Sequence record: DRR378314_2238
DNA length: 64,000 nucleotides
Reading direction: 5' to 3' (one strand)
Shown: piece by piece, positions 19,388 to 28,193 of the stretch
Position numbering within the stretch: the stretch's first letter is position 1
Layout: every line of letters begins with the position of its first letter
Made by a program: the position numbers and the translations under genes
The notes under the pieces: model-generated
What the model saw: the letters and a program-made list of their open reading frames with translations, nothing else
Database searches by the model: none
What the model was told of the DNA's origin: nothing

Positions 19388-20041
19388 ATGATCACTTTGC
19401 GAACAGCCGCCTTTTCTGCCCTTCTTGCAATAGTGCATTCGACCTCTTTGCTGGCAGATTCCGGCTCTGTTTTTGAGTTACTGGAACAAGGAAATACCGA
19501 AGCAGTTGCACAGGTAATCAAGGGCGATCCGGCCGCTTTGCAGGCACGCAACGCTTCCGGCGACACCCTGCTGCTGATAGCGGCACGTGAAGGTGACATG
19601 AAAGCGGTTCAGATGCTTCTTGACGCTGGTGCCGACGTAAATGCACTGAACAACAGCCGCCGCGATGTCCTGAATATTGCTGTGACGACAAGGAACCCCG
19701 AATTGGCGCGCATCGCTTTGGCCGCAGACGCGGATGCTACAATGATTACATCCGTTTACGAAGGTTCGGCGCTTATCTACGGATCGGCGAAAGGGCAGGA
19801 CGAGATCGTTGAAATGCTGTTGGCAGCAGGAGCACCTGTAGACCGGGTCAACAACATCGGCTGGACCGCGTTGTTGGAGGTTGTGATACTTGGCGACGGC
19901 TCTGGACCTTATGTCCGCATCACAAAGATGCTTTTGGATGCAGGCGCTGACAAAACCATAGCGGATAAGGATGGTCGTATCCCGTTGGATCACGCCAAGG
20001 CACGTGGACATCACAATTTGGCAAATCTGCTAAGTGACTAG
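19388..20041 (+). CDS. Secreted ankyrin-repeat protein
   Basis: Signal peptide; GDTLLLIAA...LLDAGADVN, GWTALLE, GRIPLDHA repeats. Confidence 0.85.
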   Translation: MITLRTAAFSALLAIVHSTSLLADSGSVFELLEQGNTEAVAQVIKGDPAALQARNASGDTLLLIAAREGDMKAVQMLLDAGADVNALNNSRRDVLNIAVTTRNPELARIALAADADATMITSVYEGSALIYGSAKGQDEIVEMLLAAGAPVDRVNNIGWTALLEVVILGDGSGPYVRITKMLLDAGADKTIADKDGRIPLDHAKARGHHNLANLLSD

Positions 20042-20152
20042 ATTGCTTCCTTGAGTTTTCTGATTGTGGCCACCGCGATTTTCCCCGTGGAACGCCACCA
20101 CACCTTACCTTAACACCCGATCCCTGTGACAAAGCCCGTTGGTGCAAATTAA

Positions 20153-21286
20153 ATGGTACAACATACAATCTTGATTTTCGATCCGAACGATTTGGGTTGG
20201 TCAAGTGACAACACGCCTGGAGACCCTTTCGAGGGCTCTTTTATGTTCGATGCGGGCAATACCTCTGGGATTTCGCTGGTCCTGGATGACCTGGATGGTG
20301 ACCCCAATCTGGATGATGGGGGCAACCAGAACGGTGAAATTTTCGATGGTAACGAGCTTTTGGTCAGTTTCGGGGGTGATACGTCCAATGCCGGGCTCGA
20401 CGTCAATTCAAATGACCGTTTCACCGTGACAGGCTCTGACGGATCAAGTTTTGAAGGCACATGGGTGGCCTTTGGGGACGGAACCCCTGTGAGTTCGATT
20501 TCGGACATTCTGGACGAAAACGGAAACCCGCTCGACGGTTCAAGCTTAACAAATTTGATAGGTGGTGGGTATTTCGCATTTACCCAGCCACTTGTCGATG
20601 GTGTCACCTACACGCTTGATGCCTCGAACCCGTTGGGCTCTATCTCTTACGCTAGCCTTATTTGTTTCGCCCGTGGCACAATGATCGAAACCTTTGACGG
20701 TGAGTGTCCGGTCGAGGATTTGAAAGAAGGCGATCTGGTTTTGACTATGGATAGCGGATATCAGCCCATCAGCTGGGTAGGTTCACGCAAGCTTGACCGA
20801 ATTGACCTTGAGTACAATCCAAAGCTAAAGCCAATCATCATTCACACTGATGCGCTGGGTGAGGGCTTTCCAAAGCAGGATTTGATTGTCTCTCCGCAGC
20901 ACCGCATCTTGGTGCGCTCATCCATTGCAGAGCGGATGTTCAAGACCGATGAAGTCCTTATTCCTGCAAATAAACTGATTGCCATCGACGGGATTGAAAC
21001 GCAGAAAGATTGTCCTGACGGGATAGAATATTTTCACATCCTTTTTAAGGATCATCAAATCGTTTACTCTAACGGTGCGCCAACGGAAAGTTTGTTCACC
21101 GGACCCGAAGCGCTAAAGTCCATGTCTCCTGAAGCGCGCAAAGAGATCACATTAATCTTTCCGGACATTTGTGTCCCAGATACCGCCCCCGCCGTGCGTT
21201 ATGTTCCTGAGAAAGGCAAGCTCATGAAGCGACTTGCAGAGCGGCATCACAAGAATAACAAACCGCTCATGTCCCGGCTACCTTAG
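20153..21286 (+). CDS. Hint-domain (bacterial intein-like) protein
   Basis: ICFARGTMIET..G..PVEDL..GD.V.T, VSPQHR, YFHILF..HQIVYSNGAPTES. Confidence 0.9.
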   Translation: MVQHTILIFDPNDLGWSSDNTPGDPFEGSFMFDAGNTSGISLVLDDLDGDPNLDDGGNQNGEIFDGNELLVSFGGDTSNAGLDVNSNDRFTVTGSDGSSFEGTWVAFGDGTPVSSISDILDENGNPLDGSSLTNLIGGGYFAFTQPLVDGVTYTLDASNPLGSISYASLICFARGTMIETFDGECPVEDLKEGDLVLTMDSGYQPISWVGSRKLDRIDLEYNPKLKPIIIHTDALGEGFPKQDLIVSPQHRILVRSSIAERMFKTDEVLIPANKLIAIDGIETQKDCPDGIEYFHILFKDHQIVYSNGAPTESLFTGPEALKSMSPEARKEITLIFPDICVPDTAPAVRYVPEKGKLMKRLAERHHKNNKPLMSRLP

Positions 21287-21446
21287 CGCCTAAAAATGCC
21301 CGGGCAGGCATAGAACCTGATCTGAAATGGCAAACCATAAAATGCGGGTGAGTAATGTTACATTGGGGTTTTGTTCTTCAAAAAAAACTGCAATCCGTCA
21401 GCCAGGAGAAATCAACGAGTGATTTCGATTAGTTGTAAGGGAAAAA

Positions 21447-21770
21447 ATGCTTAAGATTGTCTCGTTCAAGGTCGCAGCTCTGATGCTGTTTGGTTCGGTT
21501 GCTGCTGCAGATGATTTGGAATTTATTTTGTCAAACGAAAGCTCGGTTTCACTAACGGGGTTCTATGTTTCTTCTGCAAGTACGATTGCTTGGGAAGAAA
21601 ATTTGCTGAGCGGTGATCGCCTGGCGGCAGGTGATGACATCGATGTGACCATTGCCGACGGTCTGTTAACCTGCAGCTATGATATTCGTGGCGTATTCTC
21701 CGATGGATCCACGGCTGAAGATTATGATGTGAACTTGTGCGATTTGGGTGAGTATACCTACGGCGACTAG
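21447..21770 (+). CDS. Small secreted acidic hypothetical protein
   Basis: Signal peptide; F.L.N.S, WEENLL, C.YDIR..F.DG, NLC. Confidence 0.75.
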   Translation: MLKIVSFKVAALMLFGSVAAADDLEFILSNESSVSLTGFYVSSASTIAWEENLLSGDRLAAGDDIDVTIADGLLTCSYDIRGVFSDGSTAEDYDVNLCDLGEYTYGD

Positions 21771-21804
21771 TTCACTGCTTGACCTTTAGCAATCAGGTCA
21801 AAAT

Positions 21805-21845
21805 CATGCGCGGCGGACTCGGGATCGGGTTCGCCGCATGCATTT
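21805..21845. terminator. Probable terminator hairpin between convergent genes
   Basis: ATGCGCGGCGGACTCG-GGAT-CGGGTTCGCCGCATGCAT. Confidence 0.6.
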
Positions 21846-21927
21846 GTACTAAGGTATTTCACAATAAAATTCCGTTTCCATACGCACTAACCCAATGACG
21901 GTATCGGGCCTTAAGCGGTAGCAATCA

Positions 21928-22848
21928 CTAGAAAAATTCTTTTCCGAAATCGCTGTCCCGGAATAAGTCGGCCTGATCCAGCAGCCAATCCTGAAACGCT
22001 TTGATCTTTGATTTTTGCGCGATCGAGTGCGGGCAGACCAAATAATAACTCTTGTTCTTGATTATGTAGTTGTACGGAACAACCAGTCTGCCATCACGAA
22101 CATATCGTTCTGCCGCGATCAGACTAACCAAACTTACGCCGTGACCATCGCTTGCCGTTAGCAGGCACATATGCTCTTCCGAATAGGTAACAAAGGGGCG
22201 GAAGCTTTCAGTTTTGGCACCATTTTGGTCCAACCATGTATGCCAGCTGGGGTCCGTGTCCGAAAACCCCGACCATTCGTATTGAATAAGCCGGGCCGTC
22301 GACAGATCCTCGGCTGTCTGAAGGTCTTTGGCAAGCGCCGGATTGCACACCGGCGCGACATAGTCGTCCAGCACCCAGGCACAATGCATTTCGGGGTAGT
22401 CCCCGTACCCATAGCGGATTGCAATATCAATCGGTTCTGACTTGAAATCCGTAACCCCATCGCACCCAAGAATTCTGACAGACAGGTTTGGATAAAGCTC
22501 TGCAAATTGCGCCAGACGGGGGCTCAGCCAGTTTGAGGCAAATGAACTCGTCGTTGTGATAGTGAGATCTCCGGAAATCTCATCCTTCGCCAACGCGTCG
22601 GTGCCCGCAGTCAGATGTTCAAAGGCTTTTGAAATATGTTGAGCGTAAATTACGCCGTCCGGGGTCAAAGAGACGAAACGATTGGAGCGGTTGAGAAGCT
22701 GAAGCCCAAGATGAGTTTCCAGGGATTTCACCTGATGAGAAACTGCCGTCGGCGTCACACATAATTCATCAGCTGCATGTTTGAAGCTGAGATGGCGTGC
22801 GACCGCTTCAAATGCTTGGATGCTTTTGAGATTTGGCAATCGACTCAT
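21928..22848 (-). CDS. LysR family regulator, GcvA-like
   Basis: RLPNLKSIQAFEAVARHLSF.HAADELCVTPTAVSHQVK; DIAIRYG. Confidence 0.92.
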   Translation of the reverse strand: MSRLPNLKSIQAFEAVARHLSFKHAADELCVTPTAVSHQVKSLETHLGLQLLNRSNRFVSLTPDGVIYAQHISKAFEHLTAGTDALAKDEISGDLTITTTSSFASNWLSPRLAQFAELYPNLSVRILGCDGVTDFKSEPIDIAIRYGYGDYPEMHCAWVLDDYVAPVCNPALAKDLQTAEDLSTARLIQYEWSGFSDTDPSWHTWLDQNGAKTESFRPFVTYSEEHMCLLTASDGHGVSLVSLIAAERYVRDGRLVVPYNYIIKNKSYYLVCPHSIAQKSKIKAFQDWLLDQADLFRDSDFGKEFF

Positions 22849-22883
22849 AATTGACCTTCTCCAAATTGGTGTCCAGACGCAGT

Positions 22884-23660
22884 TTAGCCCTGTACTGCCC
22901 CTCGATCTGCATTAATCTTCTGGCCTGTAATGTTCTTTGCGAGCGATGAGGCCAGATATAGATAGCTTAATGCCACATCGGCTGGGGACTGTATGCCGGG
23001 CAAAGACTGCTGCGAACTGATTTCGCTTGCCACCACATCTTCAGAGACGTCACGCTCTTGCGCCATTTGCCGGAGCGTTTCGCGGGCTGGATCTGTCAGA
23101 ACCCAACCAGGGCACACGGCGTTTACGCGAATGTCACGAGGGCCCAGTTCTTTTGCCAGCACACGCATAAACCCAAGGTTTGCGTGTTTGGAGGCAATGT
23201 AGGCGCCTAACTCTGCCTCGGCCGTTGTGCCCCAAATGGAAGACGTGATGATGATATTCCCGCCGCCTTTTATTAGTGGCACTGCGGCTCGGGTGCTGAG
23301 ATAGGTGCCGATGACGTTGACGTCGATGACGCGACGAAAGCGCGCTTCAGCTTCGGACGTCGTATCGGTAATCGGAGTCACAAGTTCGAGTCCCGCGTTG
23401 GCGACAAACGTATCCAGCTTTGGTAGCTGGGAAAAAACACTATCAACGCTTTGGCTGTTTGTTATGTCACATACCCAACCTGTCACCTGTCGGTTTGTCT
23501 TGTCCGAAAGCGTTGATGCGACTTCCAGCGTATCCTGCCCACGGGCCATGATGTGTACGTCCGCGCCACATTCCGCAAACAACTGGGCAACACCGTATCC
23601 AATGCCCCTGCTTGCGCCGGTGATAAGGACGGTTTGGTCTGAGAAATCGAAGGCCTGCAC
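22884..23660 (-). CDS. SDR family oxidoreductase (paralog of 15729..16502)
   Basis: TGASRGIG, ANAGLE.VTPITD, YIASK, VNAVCPGWV; GTG start. Confidence 0.9.
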   Translation of the reverse strand: MQAFDFSDQTVLITGASRGIGYGVAQLFAECGADVHIMARGQDTLEVASTLSDKTNRQVTGWVCDITNSQSVDSVFSQLPKLDTFVANAGLELVTPITDTTSEAEARFRRVIDVNVIGTYLSTRAAVPLIKGGGNIIITSSIWGTTAEAELGAYIASKHANLGFMRVLAKELGPRDIRVNAVCPGWVLTDPARETLRQMAQERDVSEDVVASEISSQQSLPGIQSPADVALSYLYLASSLAKNITGQKINADRGAVQG

Positions 23661-23678
23661 GTTTCTTTCCTTAGATTG

Positions 23679-23712
23679 AAAAAGCGCGGCACCAGATTAA
23701 CTGGTGCCGCGT
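23679..23712 (-). terminator. Intrinsic terminator inside the minus-strand unit
   Basis: CGCGGCACCAG-N5-CTGGTGCCGCG followed by T-run on minus strand. Confidence 0.7.
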
Positions 23713-23730
23713 CAGTTCAGGAAGGTTGAC

Positions 23731-24309
23731 TTACCAAGTCACCTCACCTGGGGGAGATGCGGGAAACCAGCTTTCTGGCTCAGGGTAATCCCAGTCTTCC
23801 GGGAAATGGTAGGTTTCGAAAGTGGTTCCCGTGGCATCTTCGGTTTCGAAGAACGCAAAGGAGTTTTTCCCTTTCCACTTTCCGGATTGCACAACCTTGA
23901 AGCCACGCGCCTCGAGTTCCGCAAGACGTTCTTCCCAAGGGGCGTCATTGCAGTCGTAGGCGACATGGTGGAATGCAGTACCGTTTTTCTCAAGAAAGTC
24001 CTTGAAAATCGATGGTCCCCAAAGCGGCTCCATCAATTCCCAGATCATGTTTCCGGACTTTGCAAAACAAACCTTCAACGCGAATTCGCAGGGTTCGCCC
24101 CGATAGGTCTGATCCGTCACGTTGTCGGGTGAAAAGGTGTAAACCGCCCATGGGCCAATGCCCAGGCGACATAGACCTTCCATGGTTTTGACGTGATCGT
24201 CCGTGACGATTGCCAGTTCAACGACATTACCAAGATAAGTGTTGGACAGGGTTTCGTCGCTGGTGACTTGGGGCAGTTTGGCCAACAGATCTTCTGGTAG
24301 AGCGGTCAT
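23731..24309 (-). CDS. VOC/glyoxalase family protein (methylmalonyl-CoA epimerase-like fold)
   Basis: LGIGPW, WELMEPL.GPSI..FL...G..FHHVA, TTFE. Confidence 0.85.
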   Translation of the reverse strand: MTALPEDLLAKLPQVTSDETLSNTYLGNVVELAIVTDDHVKTMEGLCRLGIGPWAVYTFSPDNVTDQTYRGEPCEFALKVCFAKSGNMIWELMEPLWGPSIFKDFLEKNGTAFHHVAYDCNDAPWEERLAELEARGFKVVQSGKWKGKNSFAFFETEDATGTTFETYHFPEDWDYPEPESWFPASPPGEVTW

Positions 24310-24333
24310 ATCAATCTCCAATATCGGCGAGAG

Positions 24334-24795
24334 TTACTTTTCGGTGCCGTCGACACCGGCGATCGCCAGATGAGGAAGGGGCATAACGCCAAGCTGGAAG
24401 AACAGGCCAAGGGTATCTTCATGGTAGAGATAGTCCGTCACCATGCCGCTCTCATCAAACTTGAACCACTCGGCACCATAGATGTCGACTTTGCGCCCGG
24501 TGCCGGGGACACCGTAAAAGTCGCCCTTGTGGGTGCCGCGCAAACGAAAGCGGGACATAACGGTGTTGCCGTCTGCAACTAGGTCGATGGCGTCTTCATG
24601 AATGTCAGGGAACGCCGTGCGCCAGAAGTTTACCAACGTCTTGAAGCCTTCGCGTCCAGTCGGCCAGCCTTCTAGAAACTGTGCATGACTGACGTTTTCG
24701 GTGAAGATCTCGTCAATCTTGTTCATGTCTCCCTTGTTCCAGCAAATGCCATAAATATCGGCAACAGTCTGTTTGTTGCGTTCCTGATCGCTCAT
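24334..24795 (-). CDS. SnoaL-like ester cyclase (NTF2 fold)
   Basis: ERNKQTV, AFPD, RGTHKGDFYGVPGTGRKV; RBS AGGAGG. Confidence 0.85.
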   Translation of the reverse strand: MSDQERNKQTVADIYGICWNKGDMNKIDEIFTENVSHAQFLEGWPTGREGFKTLVNFWRTAFPDIHEDAIDLVADGNTVMSRFRLRGTHKGDFYGVPGTGRKVDIYGAEWFKFDESGMVTDYLYHEDTLGLFFQLGVMPLPHLAIAGVDGTEK

Positions 24796-24871
24796 TGGTT
24801 TCCTCCTGAAAACTTTGGCAAAGCTAAGCCGAAGGGGCCGCGCCTTGTCACACGATGAATCATCAGCCCGA

Positions 24872-24888
24872 AGTTGAGAGAAATTCAT
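24872..24888 (-). promoter_or_regulatory. Candidate LysR box for the SnoaL/VOC/SDR unit
   Basis: Minus strand ATGAA-TTTCTC-TCAACT (TGA-N7-TCA). Confidence 0.5.
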
Positions 24889-24955
24889 CTACGCATGTCA
24901 TTGTTTTCACGCGTCGCCTTTGTGAGGCCGTCGATATCCTTCAGTGCAATTAAAC

Positions 24956-24983
24956 TTCAGCATGACCTGAGATTTCCTCATTT
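24956..24983 (+). promoter_or_regulatory. LysR-type operator (island motif)
   Basis: TTCAGC-ATGAC-CTGAG-ATTTCC-TCATTT. Confidence 0.65.
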
Positions 24984-25043
24984 TTCTGAAGGCGCAGTTG
25001 ATGTGAGCATGCAGGGGCAACACTTGATGCAGAGGTATTGATC

Positions 25044-25727
25044 ATGACCGCATTTGACCCCGGCAAACCTGACGGCACCAACCAAAGTCTTGAGATTGGG
25101 CTACCGAATGGCGGTTCACCAGAGTTGGGCCGTCGGTACGAGATTCCGGCGCGCTGCGGTCGCGCGGTCAAAGTGCAAAGGGGTCAATCACTAAAGGTCA
25201 TCAATCCGGTTGGGTTTCAGGTTTGTGATTTCTGGATATTCAATACTGAGGATCTAAACGAATACAGCTCGATGGAGCATCTGCACACCAGTTTGCTTTC
25301 CGTTATGCCAAAAGTGGGTGACGGGATTGTCTCGAACCTGCGGCGACCACTGATGACGATCACCGAGGACACATCGCCCGGTGTTCATGATACAGTGATT
25401 GCAGCCTGCGATCATGCGCGTTACCGGCAGCTCGGGGTCGAGGAATACCACGACAATTGCGTGGACAACCTGCGCCAAGCTCTGCTTGCAATTGGGCACC
25501 GCGCGCCGGCCATTCCAGCCCCTTTCAATCTTTGGATGAACGTCCCGATTCAGCCTGATGGGCGTACGGCTTTTGCACCACCCGTATCCAAACCGGGCGA
25601 TTACATGACCTTCAAGGCAGATATGGATGTCATCGCGGTAATGTCTGCCTGCCCACAAGACGTCACTCCAGTTAACGGAGAGGGCACAACCCCGGACCGT
25701 CTGGAGTTTCAGGTCGACGCGGCCTGA
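25044..25727 (+). CDS. DUF1989 (urea carboxylase-associated family) protein
   Basis: G.QVCD, HDTVIAACD, HDNC..NL, PFNLWMN, SACPQD. Confidence 0.85.
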   Translation: MTAFDPGKPDGTNQSLEIGLPNGGSPELGRRYEIPARCGRAVKVQRGQSLKVINPVGFQVCDFWIFNTEDLNEYSSMEHLHTSLLSVMPKVGDGIVSNLRRPLMTITEDTSPGVHDTVIAACDHARYRQLGVEEYHDNCVDNLRQALLAIGHRAPAIPAPFNLWMNVPIQPDGRTAFAPPVSKPGDYMTFKADMDVIAVMSACPQDVTPVNGEGTTPDRLEFQVDAA

Positions 25728-25737
25728 GGAGTAGATC

Positions 25738-27294
25738 ATGGCCGATATGCTCCTGACTGGTCGATGGGTTGTCCTCTCTCCAACTGATGTACTGGAACAT
25801 CATGCGGTCGTTCTTTCAAACGGGCGGGTTCTTGAGGTCGGGCCAACTGATGCGCTGCGCGCCCGTTATCACGGTGTGCCGGAATATGGCGACGACAATT
25901 GTGCGGTGCTTCCCGGTCTGATCAACGCCCATCATCATTGTTATGGGGTCGAGCTCGCCAATCAGAATTTTCAGGATGATTTTCTTGAGCCATGGATGTT
26001 CTGCGGCCCATCGATGGTCGGGTTGTCACCTTATGTGTCAAGCGCACACGCGGGTTTGCGACTGATCAGAACCGGTGTCACTTCGGTCGTTGATATGTGC
26101 TCGGCTGGGGTAAGCTTGAATGAAGGCGTGGCCAGGTTAGAGGAAAAGGCCCAGGCCTATCGGGACGTGGGGCTTCGCGCGGCTATTGCCCCCGGTGAGC
26201 GCTGGCAAAATCGAATGGTGCATGGGGCAGGGGAAGAAAAGGGCTTTTTGGAAAGCTTGCCCCAAGACTTACGTGACGCCCTGCGGACCTGTGAGACGCA
26301 ACGCAAGCGTCTTCCTGAACAAGATTACCTGAGCTTGATGCAGGCGCTTGTTCCTTCGGGCGATGGGATGCAGCAGTTTTGGTTCGGTCCGACCGGTCCC
26401 CAATGGACCCCCGAACCAGTGTTGGAGCAGATTGCACGAGACGCCGAGCGTTTGGACACACGCATTCAGACACATGCACTAGAAAGCTTTTACGAGGGGC
26501 TTGAAAGCCAGCGGATTCACGGCAAGCGCCTGATGCGGCGGTTTTCAGATATGGGGCTGCTGAATGAACGGCTCTCGATGGCGCATGTGGTTTGGGCCGG
26601 GTTGGACGATATGGTCGATATCGCCGCAAGCGGCGCGCAGGTGAGCCATAATCCGGGATCAAACTTGCGGCTGCGATCAGGCGTCTCACCTGCCGCTGAA
26701 ATGCATGCGCATGGTGTCAGTTTGGCGCTGGGGATGGATGGAACCACCCTGGGCGGTGACGAAGATATGTTTGCCGAAATGCGGCTGGCGCGTGCGTTGA
26801 ATACCCCCCCTCATGCGACGGCGGTGCAGTTGACCTCTCGCGATGTGTTTTCGATGGCAACGATTGGTGGAGCCCGGTTGATGGGTCGCCCGCACGAACT
26901 GGGTCAGTTGAAACCGGGATTTTGTGCAGACGCTGTCGTTGTTGATCTCAGCCGCGCGATGGCACCCTGGTGTGCACCCGAGGTTGATCCGATTGATCTG
27001 ATCGTCGGGCGGGCGAAAGCCGATGATATACGGCACGTTGTTGTTCAGGGTGAGGTCGTTCTCGACAGCGGACAGGCCGTGAAGGTCGATGCACCAAACC
27101 TGATCGACCGCCTACAGCGAGAGATTGAGGCCAATCCCCCCGATCCCAGTTCACGCGAACTTGCACAGGATCTGCGCCCATATCTTTTGGCCTGGTACGC
27201 CCGCTGGGAACACCCATCCCTTAATGGTTCCCAGTCAATTTCTGGGCTGCCAGTGCCCGAACCCGTGCTGCGCTACGGCAACAGCAGTATTTGA
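25738..27294 (+). CDS. Metal-dependent amidohydrolase (SsnA/MTA-SAH deaminase-like)
   Basis: PGLINAHHH, THALE, AHVVW, HNPGSNLRLRSG, LGMDG. Confidence 0.88.
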   Translation: MADMLLTGRWVVLSPTDVLEHHAVVLSNGRVLEVGPTDALRARYHGVPEYGDDNCAVLPGLINAHHHCYGVELANQNFQDDFLEPWMFCGPSMVGLSPYVSSAHAGLRLIRTGVTSVVDMCSAGVSLNEGVARLEEKAQAYRDVGLRAAIAPGERWQNRMVHGAGEEKGFLESLPQDLRDALRTCETQRKRLPEQDYLSLMQALVPSGDGMQQFWFGPTGPQWTPEPVLEQIARDAERLDTRIQTHALESFYEGLESQRIHGKRLMRRFSDMGLLNERLSMAHVVWAGLDDMVDIAASGAQVSHNPGSNLRLRSGVSPAAEMHAHGVSLALGMDGTTLGGDEDMFAEMRLARALNTPPHATAVQLTSRDVFSMATIGGARLMGRPHELGQLKPGFCADAVVVDLSRAMAPWCAPEVDPIDLIVGRAKADDIRHVVVQGEVVLDSGQAVKVDAPNLIDRLQREIEANPPDPSSRELAQDLRPYLLAWYARWEHPSLNGSQSISGLPVPEPVLRYGNSSI

Positions 27295-27305
27295 AAGGAC
27301 ATCAC

Positions 27306-28193
27306 ATGATCCGTAATCCAATCAAATGGCCGAATGGTGCGCGCTGCGCCTGTGCGATCAGCTTTGATATCGACGCTGACAGCCTGATCCACATCTCGCG
27401 TCCCAAGGACGGGCATGACCGTCTTTATCCGATCTCGATGGGGCGGTATGGCCCCACCGTGGCAATCCCGCGTATTCTTGAGACCTATCGCAAATTCGGC
27501 CTGAAGCAGTCCTTTTTTGTACCGGGCTGGGTAGTCGAGCAATACCCGGACACGATGGAGATGATCCTGAAGGATGGTCATGAGATTGGCCATCACGGCT
27601 ATTTGCACGAAGACCCGACCGCCCATGGCCCGGCCGAGCAACGCGAATGGTTCGAACGCACTTTGGACAGCCACAAACGGGTCATCGGCAATACACCCAA
27701 GGGTTATCGCGCGCCGGTTTATAATGTGAACCAGTCAGTGATCGACCTGATGATCGAACACGGGTTCGAATACGAAAGCTCGCTGATGGCTGACGATATT
27801 CCCTATTTGATGAAAACGGCCAAGGGCTCTTTGGTGGAACTGCCGGTTCATTGGGGCACTGATGACTGGCCGCCCTTCGCCCATTACGACGAAATCGGAT
27901 ACATGATGCCTGTCGCGGGCCCCAGCCAGGGTCTGGAAGGGTTCTGGGAAGAGTTTGAGGCACAATACGAAGCCGGTGGTTTCTGGCTGGCAATCTGGCA
28001 TCCGTTCCTGACTGGGCGTCTGGCCCGCTGGCGTCAGGTCGAACGTTGGTTGGAGGCCATTTTGGAACGCGGCGATGTTTGGTTTGCCCCGATGCACGAA
28101 ATTGCCGCCCATGTCCGCGCCGAGGCTGCCAAAGACCCGTCGGCCGTTCGCGTTGAACATCTGCCTTACTACACTAAGCCCGTCCTGTTCTGA
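27306..28193 (+). CDS. Polysaccharide deacetylase (CE4) family, PuuE-like hydrolase
   Basis: WPNGARCA, DIDAD, HEIGHHGYLHE, DDIPY, DDWPP, WHP. Confidence 0.87.
   Translation: MIRNPIKWPNGARCACAISFDIDADSLIHISRPKDGHDRLYPISMGRYGPTVAIPRILETYRKFGLKQSFFVPGWVVEQYPDTMEMILKDGHEIGHHGYLHEDPTAHGPAEQREWFERTLDSHKRVIGNTPKGYRAPVYNVNQSVIDLMIEHGFEYESSLMADDIPYLMKTAKGSLVELPVHWGTDDWPPFAHYDEIGYMMPVAGPSQGLEGFWEEFEAQYEAGGFWLAIWHPFLTGRLARWRQVERWLEAILERGDVWFAPMHEIAAHVRAEAAKDPSAVRVEHLPYYTKPVLF

Noticed and set aside
20100-20152. GTGACAAAGCCCG resembling the ykkC/guanidine-I 3' motif
   Set aside because: Other conserved riboswitch elements absent; downstream gene is a Hint protein
21320-21360. GGCAAACC resembling a c-di-GMP-I riboswitch
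   Set aside because: No GNRA loop/receptor or second stem visible
25044-25727. Guanidine carboxylase pathway (cgdAB)
   Set aside because: Only one DUF1989 gene; no carboxylase, allophanate hydrolase or riboswitch
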